From: Parcubacteria group bacterium
GTDB lineage: Bacteria > Patescibacteriota > Minisyncoccia > Moranbacterales > UBA9337
Direction: 5' to 3'
Assembly: GCA_041662245.1 (NCBI GenBank)
Contig: JBAZSW010000004.1
Coordinates: 75,454-139,453, forward strand
DNA: 64,000 nucleotides
Shown here: piece after piece, positions 39,280 through 50,247 of the stretch
Layout: the number at the start of each line of letters is the position of its first letter
How positions within the stretch are numbered: position 1 is the first letter of the stretch
The notes under the pieces: model-generated
Told to the model about the DNA's origin: nothing
The model's input: only the letters and a program-made list of their open reading frames with translations
Databases searched by the model: none
Translations under genes and position numbers: made by a program

Positions 39280-40119
39280 TTATTTCTTCTTTTTCTTCTT
39301 GACATCTGTAGTTGTGGCCGTATCTACACCTAATACAGCACTGCTAGCAGGGGTAGGCTCTACGATAACCCCTGTCGTATCAACATTATCCGTTTTTTGC
39401 TCTTCTGGTGGAGATTGAGGTTCTTCAATCTTAGGTGCTTCTATATTATAATGAGCCTCCACAGAAATTGATTCCGTCGCTTCTTTATTAAATTGATTAA
39501 CACTTCTTATTGCGATGACATTCTTCCCTTCTCTCAAGACAACATTTTCACTAAAATCTCCATTGTCGTCCACTAGCACTGGCTGATTATTTATAAACAA
39601 ATTATTGCCTGCATCTGTTTTTCCTTTTACTGTAACTTTTGTATCATTAATTACAGAATCAGCTGTAGGATTTAATATTATCAACTGCGGATTAGAAACG
39701 AAATTATTTAAATTTTTATATAAATAAAAGGATAGGGCTAGAAAAAATAGAGAAATAAAAAAAATAGAAATTATTTTAGGCGTTATTGAAAATCTAGAAA
39801 TATTTATTTTTTTAGTAACTTTTTCCTCTCGATTGTTCCCTCTAATATTTTCTTGGATACTTTTTTCTTTATTAAAAGATTTTATCAGATATTCTTCATT
39901 TACTCCCAAATAATCCGCAAAACTTTTTAAAAAACCTCTAACATACACATCCGCAGGCAATTTATTATAATCTCCATTCTCTAGATATTCCAAATATTCC
40001 ATTTGAATTTTAGTATTTTTCGCAATCTCGGGCAACCCTACCCTTTTCTCGCTCCGGATCTTCCTCATCTTTTCCCCTAAGGTTGAAGATTGAATTTTCT
40101 TTACCTTAAATCCATTCAT
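39280..40119 (-). CDS. RodZ-like HTH-TM protein with Ig-like extracellular domain
   Basis: LGEKMRKIR...YLEYLENGDYNKLPADVYVRGFLKSFADYLG; downstream of ftsK. Confidence 0.8.
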   Translation of the reverse strand: MNGFKVKKIQSSTLGEKMRKIRSEKRVGLPEIAKNTKIQMEYLEYLENGDYNKLPADVYVRGFLKSFADYLGVNEEYLIKSFNKEKSIQENIRGNNREEKVTKKINISRFSITPKIISIFFISLFFLALSFYLYKNLNNFVSNPQLIILNPTADSVINDTKVTVKGKTDAGNNLFINNQPVLVDDNGDFSENVVLREGKNVIAIRSVNQFNKEATESISVEAHYNIEAPKIEEPQSPPEEQKTDNVDTTGVIVEPTPASSAVLGVDTATTTDVKKKKKK

Positions 40120-40288
40120 GTGTTTCTCTACAAATTACGAATTTAACATCTGTCACCAACGGGCAGACCAATATATAGATAGTGCAATTCCCAATTTTTA
40201 AAAAAACATTATTTTTTAAAAATCTGAAACAGCAACAACGGCTCCTTAGCACTGTATGCTACTATTTTAATCGAAATGCCCCAATAAA

Positions 40289-42706
40289 TCAAATCTGCCA
40301 TTTATCTCGTTGCTCTTGAGAAATATCTTCTTCATTTCCATCATTGCTATTGTTATTATTTTTATGACCTCCTGACGATTCTTTACTTAATAAAACCTCT
40401 CGAGGTTTAGACCCATCGGCACCCCCCACAATTCCATCTCTTTCCAAGCTATCAATCAAACGAGCAGCTCTATTATAACCAATTCTGAATTTTCTTTGTA
40501 AAAGTGAAGCGGAAGCTTTTCCTAAATCCAAAACAAAATCTTTTACTTCATCATAAATAGTGTCTTCTTCATCATTATCCCGAGAAACAGAGAAATCCAA
40601 TTGTCCAGAGCTATCTCTAGGTTCATTTCCTCTTGGACTCGAATCAGTGTTCAATTCTTCCTCAATATCGTCATCTTCATCTTTTTTATAAACTCGCTCT
40701 CCTTGTTCAATTATATATTCCACTACTCTTCTGACTTCATTTTCTGACACAAAAGAGTTTTGTAATCTTCTGGGCTTAGGAGATTCTGAAGAAAGAAAAA
40801 GTAAATCACCCTTACCCAGTAAAGTTTCTGCTCCTCGCATATCAATAATCGTTCTAGAATCAATTTGACTAGCCACTTGGAGTGCAATTCTAGTTGTAAT
40901 ATTGGCTTTAATTATACCTGTTATAACTTCCACACTAGGCCTCTGGGTGGAAATAATCAAATGAATTCCCACTGCCCTTGCCATCTGTGCCAAACGCATT
41001 ATCGCCCCTTCAACTTCCTTACCGTGGGAAATCATCAAATCCGCTAGTTCATCAATTACGATGACAATAAAAGGTAGCTTCTTTAATTCCTCCTTGACTG
41101 TTTCGCCTGTATCGGGATCGATCACGTCACGAGTCATTCCCTTTTTAAATTTCTGGGAATAAGATTCTAAATCCCTTGAACCAGTTGATTCTAAAATTTT
41201 ATAACGCTCTTCCATCTCCCTTACTGCCCATTTTAAAGAATTGACTACTCTTTTATTATCTGTAATAACTGGCGATAACAGATGAGGGATCCTATTATAA
41301 AGAGAAAGCTCCACTCTTTTTGGATCAACTAATATCATTTTTAATTCATCGGGAGAATTTTGGAAAAGTAAAGACAAGATTATTGAATTGATACATACAC
41401 TTTTCCCAGTTCCCGTTGCCCCTGCAATCAAAAGATGTGGCATTTTTCCCAAATTAGCTACAATGAAATTTCCCTCTACATTTTTTCCTAGAACTAAAGA
41501 CAGGGGAGTTTTTCTATTTTTAAACTCATCACTCTCTAGGGCATTCTTTAATCTAACCATAATTGGCTTTTTGTTAGGAACTTCGATACCAATCAAAGAT
41601 TTTCCAGGAATAGGAGCTTCGATTCTGATAGGATGAGCAGCTAGAGCAAGAGCCAAATCATCTCCTAGCGCCACAATTTTACTTAATTTAACTCCCACCG
41701 CAGGACGAAAACTATATTGAGTAACGGCTGGTCCTATCTTCACTCCACCATCTTCAAGGGCAATGCCAAAATTGGCAAATGTATCTTTTATAATATCAAT
41801 ATTCTCATCAATATTTCCACTGTAAGCCTCTCCACTAGAGTCATCCAAGAGATTAATAGAGGGGAGTTTCCAAACCTCCAAAGATTCCCGATTTATTTTG
41901 TTTGTCTTATTGTATTTATCTTTATTATCAAAAGAAGTATTTTTTATATTAAAATCATCTTTATTATCTCCATTATTGTCTTTTTTTACAGGAATATCAC
42001 TAGGGCCCTCCACAAATTTAACCTCTTTGATATTATGTTCTAAATCAACTTTATTTATCAAACTATCTCCCTCAATATCATTATCTTTTTCCTCCTCATC
42101 TGCTTTCTCTAAAATTTCTTTGTTTGCTACGTCCTCTTCGACTCTGTTCTCTTCTTTTTTTATTTTATTAAATAGATTAATGAAGAATTCTACTAAAGAA
42201 AAATTAAAAGCAATCATTACCCCTATAGAAAAAAATGCAACTAAAAAAACAACGCCTACAATTTTTCCCATAAGTTTTATCAAAGTGAGTGAAATGAAAT
42301 ATCCCACATATCCTCCACCCTGACCTTGTTTAGCTATTTCAGATAATAGCTCATAATCATAAAAAATATGAAAAAAACCAAGTAGACTCAAAAAAGCAAT
42401 AGAAAGACCGGCTATTTTTACCACATAGAAAACAGTTTTCTTTTTATAAAGTAATATTATCGCCGTTAAAAATAAAGTTATCGGAAACAACCATTTCCCC
42501 CAACCAAAAACTACTCCTCCAAATTTATCTAGAAACTTTCCAAAAGCGCCTCCCGCTCCAAAAAATCCAAAAGAAAAAAGAATGGTCATTAAAAATAAAA
42601 GTACAATAGCGATTCCTCTCTTAACGCTATTTTTTAAATTTAAATCAAATTCTATTTTTTTTTCTTGATCTTCCTTGGAGTCTTTTTCTTTTAATTTTTT
42701 TTTCAT
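40289..42706 (-). CDS. ftsK: DNA translocase FtsK/SpoIIIE
   Basis: PHLLIAGATGTGKS, DELADLM, TQRPSV, LLQRKFRIGYNRAARLID. Confidence 0.98.
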   Translation of the reverse strand: MKKKLKEKDSKEDQEKKIEFDLNLKNSVKRGIAIVLLFLMTILFSFGFFGAGGAFGKFLDKFGGVVFGWGKWLFPITLFLTAIILLYKKKTVFYVVKIAGLSIAFLSLLGFFHIFYDYELLSEIAKQGQGGGYVGYFISLTLIKLMGKIVGVVFLVAFFSIGVMIAFNFSLVEFFINLFNKIKKEENRVEEDVANKEILEKADEEEKDNDIEGDSLINKVDLEHNIKEVKFVEGPSDIPVKKDNNGDNKDDFNIKNTSFDNKDKYNKTNKINRESLEVWKLPSINLLDDSSGEAYSGNIDENIDIIKDTFANFGIALEDGGVKIGPAVTQYSFRPAVGVKLSKIVALGDDLALALAAHPIRIEAPIPGKSLIGIEVPNKKPIMVRLKNALESDEFKNRKTPLSLVLGKNVEGNFIVANLGKMPHLLIAGATGTGKSVCINSIILSLLFQNSPDELKMILVDPKRVELSLYNRIPHLLSPVITDNKRVVNSLKWAVREMEERYKILESTGSRDLESYSQKFKKGMTRDVIDPDTGETVKEELKKLPFIVIVIDELADLMISHGKEVEGAIMRLAQMARAVGIHLIISTQRPSVEVITGIIKANITTRIALQVASQIDSRTIIDMRGAETLLGKGDLLFLSSESPKPRRLQNSFVSENEVRRVVEYIIEQGERVYKKDEDDDIEEELNTDSSPRGNEPRDSSGQLDFSVSRDNDEEDTIYDEVKDFVLDLGKASASLLQRKFRIGYNRAARLIDSLERDGIVGGADGSKPREVLLSKESSGGHKNNNNSNDGNEEDISQEQRDKWQI

Positions 42707-42770
42707 AATGTAATTTAGTTCTTTTTGTTTGTTCTATTTTTTCTCCATATCCAATATTCTAGCACAATTT

Positions 42771-43943
42771 CTAAAATGTTACTTCTATTTCCATTTCCTT
42801 TCCATCTCTTAAAACATTAAGGGTAGCCACATCCTCTTTCTCATATTGATTAATGAAATTAGACAAAGGATGACTTGGATTAATTTCATTACCATCAATG
42901 GATAAAATTATATCATTAAGTTTGAGTTCAGCTTTTTCGGCAGGACTATCAGCAATAATAGCCAACCCTTGTTTTTCGGAAGAGGAATAAATTAGGGCAC
43001 CCTTGTCTACGGTAAGCTCTTTCAGATTTTTATAGAATGGATTGACCGAAATGTAATATATCCCTAGTTTTGCCGCTTGATCAATTCTATTTTCGACTAC
43101 TCTCTGCATAGAGTCGCTAATCGCATCAATTGGTATTTGAAAATATTTTTTTTCATTATTTATTTCCAACTTAGCGCTGACAGCTATCAGTTCTCCACTA
43201 TGATTGATGACCGGTCCCCCTACATATTTATCATCCTCAATAAAATTTGCCTCTAGCACCCCTTCTAATTTTTCAGATGAAGCGATTCCTCCCCCTGCTA
43301 AATTAAAACTCTCGTCAAAACCGCTCAAAGTTCCTTCAGCCAAATAAGCCTTCTGCAGTCCCGATAAGTTTCCAATAAAAATAACTTTTTTTCCAGAATT
43401 ATTGTCATCACTATTTGCAAAAGGTACTGTAGTTAAATTAATACCATCTACTTTAAGATAGGCTAGGTTTGAAAAATCATCTATTCCCAGAAGCGTCGCA
43501 TCTAAAACATTTCCTCCAAAAGTAACCACTTTATAATCAGCATTTTTTTCCACAACATTGGTTCTATCGGTAACTACGATTCCATCATTAGTTAGAATTG
43601 TTCCTGCTCCAGAAACACCTTTTGAATATTTTCCCAAATTATTCGAAACATTTATTTTTTTAATATTCTTATCATTTTTTTCAAAAGAAAGCACATCCAC
43701 TACAGCATAAACCGCGCTAGAAGCTATCTCACTTATTGAAATATCTTCATTAACAATAACTTTCTCTGTCTTGGTTATGATGGTGGTATTTTTATTATCA
43801 TTATCAAAAATTCCCAATTTTGAAAATATTTTTGAATCTATAAGAGTGGGAGTAAGATATCTTCCGAAAAATAAATTGCCCATCCAACCAAAAAACATTA
43901 TTAAAATACAAACTACAATTACTTTTACTGTTTTTTTCTTCAT
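42771..43943 (-). CDS. HtrA/DegP-like protein with PDZ domain, catalytic residues degenerate
   Basis: GAGTILTNDGIVVT, NLAYLKV, GGPVIN, PDZ SPAEKAELKLNDIILSIDG. Confidence 0.85.
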   Translation of the reverse strand: MKKKTVKVIVVCILIMFFGWMGNLFFGRYLTPTLIDSKIFSKLGIFDNDNKNTTIITKTEKVIVNEDISISEIASSAVYAVVDVLSFEKNDKNIKKINVSNNLGKYSKGVSGAGTILTNDGIVVTDRTNVVEKNADYKVVTFGGNVLDATLLGIDDFSNLAYLKVDGINLTTVPFANSDDNNSGKKVIFIGNLSGLQKAYLAEGTLSGFDESFNLAGGGIASSEKLEGVLEANFIEDDKYVGGPVINHSGELIAVSAKLEINNEKKYFQIPIDAISDSMQRVVENRIDQAAKLGIYYISVNPFYKNLKELTVDKGALIYSSSEKQGLAIIADSPAEKAELKLNDIILSIDGNEINPSHPLSNFINQYEKEDVATLNVLRDGKEMEIEVTF

Positions 43944-43994
43944 ATTTTTTTAACAACTTTGATAATTTACAACTAATATTTATATTTCAATTAA

Positions 43995-44735
43995 TTAAAT
44001 GTTCGGTAACCAGATTGAACTGTACAAAATAATTATGCTCATAAAAACAAAAAAAACCAGATTTACTAACACTTTTTTGACCGACAGGATGTCTCTAAGA
44101 TAATTCTGAGATAAATCCCAAATAATATAATAAAACATTAAAAGCACTGTTCCTGTAGTAAGATATCCAAATGGCCAAAAGTTTATAGTCCAACCCATTT
44201 CCAAAACACCAAAGCCTAAAACCAAACTATATACCTGCAATTTTTTCTTATTTTCCTCTCCTACTAGCAAAAAATATTGATAACTGATAAGAGCAATATT
44301 AAAAAAATAAAAAGTCATAAGTGCCCACGATGGAATGTCGAAATTTAAATAAACACCATAGGTAGAAGAAAAAAACAAAAAAATAACAGCCATAAGGGAC
44401 ATGTCAATCACTCCCTTGGCAGTCTTACTGTCTGGTTTTTTTGATATTCGATAGATACCAAAAAGCAGAAAATAATCCACTAAACCACTAATTATTATAA
44501 AAATATGCCTCTCAATATTGAAATCTATCAGATGCAGGATTGTCCAAACCGAAAAATAAAAAACTAAAGCAATAAACCAACCCGACCAAGCCTTAGAGAA
44601 CATCCTAAAGGAAATTAAACAAGCCACCAAAAAAATAAAAAAATAAAACCAAAAAAATCCTTTATGCAAAAGCATCGCCTCCAACAAAAGGGAAAAAGCA
44701 ATTGATTGAAATATGGCAGGTAGATATAAAAACAC
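43995..44735 (-). CDS. Polytopic membrane protein
   Basis: About 8 TM segments, E..W...FWP motif. Confidence 0.75.
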   Translation of the reverse strand: MFLYLPAIFQSIAFSLLLEAMLLHKGFFWFYFFIFLVACLISFRMFSKAWSGWFIALVFYFSVWTILHLIDFNIERHIFIIISGLVDYFLLFGIYRISKKPDSKTAKGVIDMSLMAVIFLFFSSTYGVYLNFDIPSWALMTFYFFNIALISYQYFLLVGEENKKKLQVYSLVLGFGVLEMGWTINFWPFGYLTTGTVLLMFYYIIWDLSQNYLRDILSVKKVLVNLVFFVFMSIIILYSSIWLPNI

Positions 44736-44835
44736 AACAAAAATAGAAAAAAATTAACAACTATAATCAATCCACACAAAAACTATCTGGAAAAATTCCC
44801 AAAGAATAAGCTCTACGTATCTTTAAGCAATAGCT

Positions 44836-45024
44836 TTAAGCTTCCAGCGAAATAGCATTCACAGGACAACCATCTACAGCTTCTTGGCAATTGCAATCAC
44901 CACATTCTTCAGCTATAACTTTTGATTTTCCTTTTTCAGCATCAATTTTAAAAACAGTAGGACAGATTGCCTCACATGTTCCGCAACCAATACACAAATC
45001 TTCATTAACTTTACATTTCGCCAT
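44836..45024 (-). CDS. Ferredoxin (single cluster)
   Basis: CIGCGTCEAICP...CPVNAI. Confidence 0.93.
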   Translation of the reverse strand: MAKCKVNEDLCIGCGTCEAICPTVFKIDAEKGKSKVIAEECGDCNCQEAVDGCPVNAISLEA

Positions 45025-45123
45025 ATCGTTTTATTTTCTTAAAAACATTCGATTGATTGTTCTTAAAAAGTAAACTTAAAAAATTAATTACTCCTTTATA
45101 ATAACAGATTATTTATAATAAAG

Positions 45124-46197
45124 CTATAAAGCCAACAGGGATGCGTCTTTGTCTGCTTTATTTAGCGACTCCTTTTCAAATTCATCCATTTTCTTATCTT
45201 TAAATTCCACCATACCACTCTTTTGATTCCAAACATAATCAGTTAATAATACTGACACTCGTATTTCTTTGATTTTTTTATCTAACCAATTGGCAAAAGA
45301 TGTCTTAGGGAAAAATAATTGACTTATTTCATAAAGTTTAACTCCATTTGCTTCATTTACATCATCCAATTTTATTATATGATAACCCAAGTCACTTTCA
45401 AGAATATCACTACTATTTCCTTTATTTAAAGAAACAACATCCTTTCTTATCTCTGGAGATAACTGATCCTCTTTAAACCATCCCAATTTACCACCCAAGA
45501 TTGAATCATCTTTCGAAATATCTTTTAATACTTTACTAAAATCTTCTCCTTTTTTAATTTTCGCCAAAGCATCTGCGGAATTTTTTTTAGATTTTTCATT
45601 CTTTTCCTTTCCATCATTTTCAGCTAACCATTTTTCCAACTCATCCTTATATAAACCCGGTCTAACTACCTTATCTTTAAAATCTTCTATTGTCCAACCA
45701 TATAATTTATTTAAATTTTCTTTTATTTTTTCCTGACTGCTATATTCATCCATTTTCCTATCCACGTTGTCATTGACATCTTTTTTAGACACAATAATTC
45801 CCCTTTCTTTAGCTAATATTTCTATCGCCCTGTCTTCAATCATTTTATTTATCAATTCTTTCTCTCTTATTTTTAATCTTCGTTTGCCATCTTCGGTAGT
45901 AAAATCAGTCCGTAAACCCACAGAGGAAAAATCTTGACTCTCATAAAACTTTTTTATAGAAAGTAAGTCTTGATTAACCTCACCAATTGAAATAAAGCTA
46001 GTTCCATCAACTATCACTGCTGGCAGGGGAATATGATTATAGATATAAATAGGAATTTTTTTTGCACTATTAAAACGATAGATAAAAATTATGCCTACCG
46101 CTAAAACGACGCCCACAAAAATAGCACTACCGTAAAGGACTGTACTCATTTTAACTTTCTTCACAGGATTCCCTTTGTCTTTGTCATTCTCCTTCAT
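45124..46197 (-). CDS. SurA/PrsA-like foldase (parvulin PPIase domain)
   Basis: GEDFSKV, GGKLGWF, SDILESDLGYHIIK; SurA N-domain LINKMIED. Confidence 0.85.
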   Translation of the reverse strand: MKENDKDKGNPVKKVKMSTVLYGSAIFVGVVLAVGIIFIYRFNSAKKIPIYIYNHIPLPAVIVDGTSFISIGEVNQDLLSIKKFYESQDFSSVGLRTDFTTEDGKRRLKIREKELINKMIEDRAIEILAKERGIIVSKKDVNDNVDRKMDEYSSQEKIKENLNKLYGWTIEDFKDKVVRPGLYKDELEKWLAENDGKEKNEKSKKNSADALAKIKKGEDFSKVLKDISKDDSILGGKLGWFKEDQLSPEIRKDVVSLNKGNSSDILESDLGYHIIKLDDVNEANGVKLYEISQLFFPKTSFANWLDKKIKEIRVSVLLTDYVWNQKSGMVEFKDKKMDEFEKESLNKADKDASLLAL

Positions 46198-46230
46198 ATT
46201 TTTTATAATATTTTATATCCTTATTTATAC

Positions 46231-46632
46231 TTAAATGCCTCCTTTCACCACTTCCCACCATTTTTTATAATTGGGCAGATTTTCTTGATATTTCATTTTA
46301 TCAATTTCATTATTATTTTCTTCCAACGAATCATTTGCAGAAGCGCCCAAAACTTTAGAGTTGGGTTGTACTACCACGACTTTTTCCCCTACATTCCTCA
46401 AACTTAATCTATCTTTAGCCACACTTTCCTTATAATGATCCGACTGCAAATAACCTATTTTTTCTTTTAAAAAGTTGTTTTGGGCATTTAACTCTTCGGA
46501 CTCGGATTGAAGTGCGCTGATTTCGCTTTCGATATTTTTTGATCTTTTCATTTCTTTAAAAGTAGGAATGGAAAAAAAAGCCAAAACTCCCAGTAATGCC
46601 ACAGAAACTATTATAAGGAAAAATGATTTCAT
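46231..46632 (-). CDS. Septum formation initiator (DivIC/FtsB family)
   Basis: TM + coiled coil + ESVAKDRLSLRNVGEKVVVV. Confidence 0.82.
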   Translation of the reverse strand: MKSFFLIIVSVALLGVLAFFSIPTFKEMKRSKNIESEISALQSESEELNAQNNFLKEKIGYLQSDHYKESVAKDRLSLRNVGEKVVVVQPNSKVLGASANDSLEENNNEIDKMKYQENLPNYKKWWEVVKGGI

Positions 46633-46653
46633 CTTGTAAATTTAAATTATAAT

Positions 46654-46761
46654 TTAAAATCCTGTAAAAGCTGGCGCAATCAAAAATCCTACCATAGAAA
46701 CCACAGCCAACAAGGAAATTATTATCCAAATTATTCTTATTTTTTTTCTTAATTTTCTCAT
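46654..46761 (-). CDS. Small 35-aa single-TM protein
   Basis: Own translation MRKLRKKIRIIWIIISLLAVVSMVGFLIAPAFTGF*; ends 21 bp before the divIC-like start. Confidence 0.6.
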   Translation of the reverse strand: MRKLRKKIRIIWIIISLLAVVSMVGFLIAPAFTGF

Positions 46762-46877
46762 ATCTTTAATATTAATCAATTTTTAGCAAAAAAACAACCC
46801 CACCCCATTGCACAGCAAACACTATCAACCTCTTGTGATTAATTCTACAAATTTTATCGATAGAGCGAATGAAAATT

Positions 46878-47555
46878 TTAAAATTCGACAAAATGTGGAT
46901 ATTCGCGACAAATAGGTGAATGTGCCGTTCGCAAAACGTACCACTGATGAGATTTACTGCTAGATAGCTCTTCCAATTTCCATCCTAAATTATTTACACA
47001 AAATGATACTGCTTTTGCTACAGATGGTGCTTGATAATCATCCCCGAATATAATTCCTCCGGGACGAACTAACTGACCAAGATAGATTAAATCTAAAAAT
47101 ACTCCATCAAATAAATGACTTCCATCCACATAAGCAAAATCAAATCGTTTCCCTTCGCTTAATAATCTTGGCAAGATAATTTGTGATTTCTCAGAAATAT
47201 GTTCAACTATAGATGAGACACCCGCTTCTTCTAACACTTGCAACCCGCAATTCGCAAATTTTGGCTGACTCGATTGAAAGGGGTCTATGGCAATGTGGTT
47301 TACTTTTGGATTTCCGTTAGTAAGAAGTCCCTCGCAGATATAAAGAGTCGAAATACCCCAAGCAAGACCGATCTCGATTGTATACACCGCTTTTTCCTTA
47401 ATTACCCAATCTCTTAGCACTTTTCCTTGATCTGCATTAATAGCAATAGGAAAAATATCATGGACTGAGCCATCTAAACGTGCAGTTATTTTACCATCAT
47501 GAATAAGACGCTCGGTAACCAAATGAATATTTTGTAATAAATTATTTTTAGTCAT
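46878..47555 (-). CDS. Class I SAM-dependent methyltransferase (Methyltransf_24-like)
   Basis: IEIGLAWGIS, AIDPF, FDFAYVDGSH, RPGGIIFGDD. Confidence 0.88.
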   Translation of the reverse strand: MTKNNLLQNIHLVTERLIHDGKITARLDGSVHDIFPIAINADQGKVLRDWVIKEKAVYTIEIGLAWGISTLYICEGLLTNGNPKVNHIAIDPFQSSQPKFANCGLQVLEEAGVSSIVEHISEKSQIILPRLLSEGKRFDFAYVDGSHLFDGVFLDLIYLGQLVRPGGIIFGDDYQAPSVAKAVSFCVNNLGWKLEELSSSKSHQWYVLRTAHSPICREYPHFVEF

Positions 47556-47669
47556 AGTCGTATCATCTTCTTAAATTTATTAACACTCCTTAATAATATA
47601 AATAATGTCAATTTCCGAGCCAGATACGTGATGGATGTAAGAAATCTTACGAAAAACTGAAGAGAAGAA

Positions 47670-48854
47670 TTATTTAATTTTACTTTTCAAATAATTATAA
47701 TATTCTTCGCTATTACTATTTTTAACAGTATAATTATTTATTGCTTTTTCTCTAGCTTTGGCACCCATTTCTTGTCTTAAATTACCATTAAGTATCAATT
47801 TTTCCAATTTTTCCATCCATTCATCACTATCACTAGCCACAAAACCGTCCACTCCATCATTGATAGCTTCACGAAAGGTTTGCGTAGCGGTAGCAACAGT
47901 AGGTACAGTCAAAATCCCTGCTTCAAAAAATTTTAATTCTGACTTAGACTCACAAAAAGGATTATTTATTTCCAAGGGAGCTATATTTATATCTATCCCC
48001 GCTATATTTTTATAATTTTCTTTCCTAGGAACATAAGGCATTTTTTTAATTCTTTTCTCATATTTTTTAAATTTATCGCTAATCTCTAGGGGTCCTCCCA
48101 AGAAAAGTCTTACATCATCATATTTATCCATTAAATGAATCAGGACATCTTCTATAGTTGAAAAATCTTTATCATGACCATGCGCTCCGCTAAAATAACC
48201 AATTACCACCCTTTCTAACGGAAAATATATATTAAATAGCTTTTTTTCCATTATTTCTTCTACTATTTCCAAATCACTTTGGGGCATTTTGTTTTTTACT
48301 ACTAGCACCCTTTTCCCAATCTCTCTCAATTTTTCTGCCAAATAATTCGTTGAAGTTGTGCATACTTTTATATAATCATCACTAACAATTTCTCCACCCA
48401 CTCCGTTTTCATATAGCTTTTTCTCAAAAATATTCATCTTTTTAAAAAAATCCATATGCTCCAAATATTTTTTATCAAAAACTAAATCATCCGTATCAAA
48501 AATAATTTCTTTGCCCTGCTCTTTTATTTTTTTGATTAACTTTTTTACTCCCCCAGAGTATAATGTTCGATGGAAAACAAAAACTTTAAATCTACCAGCA
48601 TAACTGGTCAAAAAAGGATTATCTTGGATAGTGGTGGCACATTTAAAACCGTGCAATTCTAATTCTTCGGCTACGTATTTTGTCCTATAATTAGCGCTAT
48701 CCCCCACACCCCCCGTAATAAGAAGAATATCTCCGCCTCGCACTCTACCAAACATTGCCCAAAAAGCTTTCAGTACCCTTTTCCCACCGTTAAAAATTCC
48801 ATCTCGTTTTACAGTATGAATGGCTTTCCCTAATTTTATAAGCAGTAGATTCAT
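47670..48854 (-). CDS. Glycosyltransferase (GT-B fold)
   Basis: IFDTDDL, IGYFSG, DINIAPLE..FCESKSELKFFEAG. Confidence 0.88.
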   Translation of the reverse strand: MNLLLIKLGKAIHTVKRDGIFNGGKRVLKAFWAMFGRVRGGDILLITGGVGDSANYRTKYVAEELELHGFKCATTIQDNPFLTSYAGRFKVFVFHRTLYSGGVKKLIKKIKEQGKEIIFDTDDLVFDKKYLEHMDFFKKMNIFEKKLYENGVGGEIVSDDYIKVCTTSTNYLAEKLREIGKRVLVVKNKMPQSDLEIVEEIMEKKLFNIYFPLERVVIGYFSGAHGHDKDFSTIEDVLIHLMDKYDDVRLFLGGPLEISDKFKKYEKRIKKMPYVPRKENYKNIAGIDINIAPLEINNPFCESKSELKFFEAGILTVPTVATATQTFREAINDGVDGFVASDSDEWMEKLEKLILNGNLRQEMGAKAREKAINNYTVKNSNSEEYYNYLKSKIK

Positions 48855-48870
48855 AAAATAATATTACGAA

Positions 48871-50247
48871 TTATTCTGTACTGTTTTGAAATTCAAATTT
48901 CAAATCTTTTTTTAAGGTGTCTGTTTTTTCAAATTCTCCATCCTTAGTCTTGACTTTAACAGTTACAGGTACATCACCCACCCCCGATTGTTTTTGAATA
49001 AGTAGTTTATAATCCCCTTGTCTAACATTTTCCGGAAGCTCATATTTCAATCTAACTTTTGTTTCTCGATTAATTAAAACATGTAAAGTTGAACCAAAAA
49101 AACTTTTATTAAACTCTTCTCCCTCCAATGGATAGCTTACCATCTCTCTTTCTAATAACTTTGCTCCTTTGGGGGCATAAATTCTTAAATAAGAATGATA
49201 ATCACTAGTTCGCCAATCTCCATAAGTAGCTGTATGCTTGTAAAGAAGGAAAACCTCAGCTATTGGTTTTTCCCCTGTTAAATCGACATTATAAGATATA
49301 TTTCTTTTAATATAATAATCTGATTTTAAAGCTCCCATATTGGCATCCACCATCATAAAATAATCTCCACCCCAATCGGTATTAACCGCCCCATCCCAAT
49401 GCGTTTCAGTTACCATTTTTTGCAAATTTTGATCCGTAAAATTAAGCATCACATCCTTATTGCGAAGCTCTTCCAAAACAAAAGAAGCTAACTTAGGAAT
49501 ATTATTTAAACTCATCAATTTATCCGTTATCTGAGCAGCTAAAGTTTTCATAACATTTTTTCTGTTTTGAGTATCGATATCTTCATTTAAGATATATTTC
49601 TTTTCTACTATTTCTTCTAATTTCAAAACAGCATTATCGCTATTTAACTCAATTCCATTTACCGTCATTGGACCAGTCAAAGTAAAAATTCGACTGAAAG
49701 TATTGGCATTGGTAGCAATTACTCCATCAAAATTACTATTTCCCCCCGAAAGACGATAGAAGTATTTAGCTTTTTCTACATTAGTAGGATAATCTGGAGA
49801 AAAATTAGAATCTCTAAATTTCCATTTTTTCAGACTCATCATTTTTTCAAAAGGATAAGGGGTAGGAACTTTAACGGTGATTCTTTGATCAAGTAAATTA
49901 GCATCCTCAAAGGTTAGCCCTGTAACCATTCCGTCTTTTATTTTCAAAACCGCATATTGACCAAGGAATCCCCCTCCCGGACGAAGTTCCATATTATTTT
50001 GAAGTAATATCAAGAATCTTTTCTCTACACCAGTTTTTTTGGTAAACTCAGTCACCAAAGCATCAATTGTTTGAATTTCTTTTTTAGTATCTTCCTTTAC
50101 AGGAAGGAAATTGATAACATTTTTAGCTACCGAAATAGAATTGGCAATCATAGAAATTTTATCGCTCTTCTTGAATAAAATATATCCCCCGATACCCACA
50201 ATAATAATAACTACCGCCACGATAACTAATTTAATTTTTTTACTCAT
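48871..50247 (-). CDS. DUF4012-family protein
   Basis: LILLQNNMELRPGGGFLG, RDSNFSPDYP, DANMGALKSD, YLRIYAPKG. Confidence 0.85.
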   Translation of the reverse strand: MSKKIKLVIVAVVIIIVGIGGYILFKKSDKISMIANSISVAKNVINFLPVKEDTKKEIQTIDALVTEFTKKTGVEKRFLILLQNNMELRPGGGFLGQYAVLKIKDGMVTGLTFEDANLLDQRITVKVPTPYPFEKMMSLKKWKFRDSNFSPDYPTNVEKAKYFYRLSGGNSNFDGVIATNANTFSRIFTLTGPMTVNGIELNSDNAVLKLEEIVEKKYILNEDIDTQNRKNVMKTLAAQITDKLMSLNNIPKLASFVLEELRNKDVMLNFTDQNLQKMVTETHWDGAVNTDWGGDYFMMVDANMGALKSDYYIKRNISYNVDLTGEKPIAEVFLLYKHTATYGDWRTSDYHSYLRIYAPKGAKLLEREMVSYPLEGEEFNKSFFGSTLHVLINRETKVRLKYELPENVRQGDYKLLIQKQSGVGDVPVTVKVKTKDGEFEKTDTLKKDLKFEFQNSTE

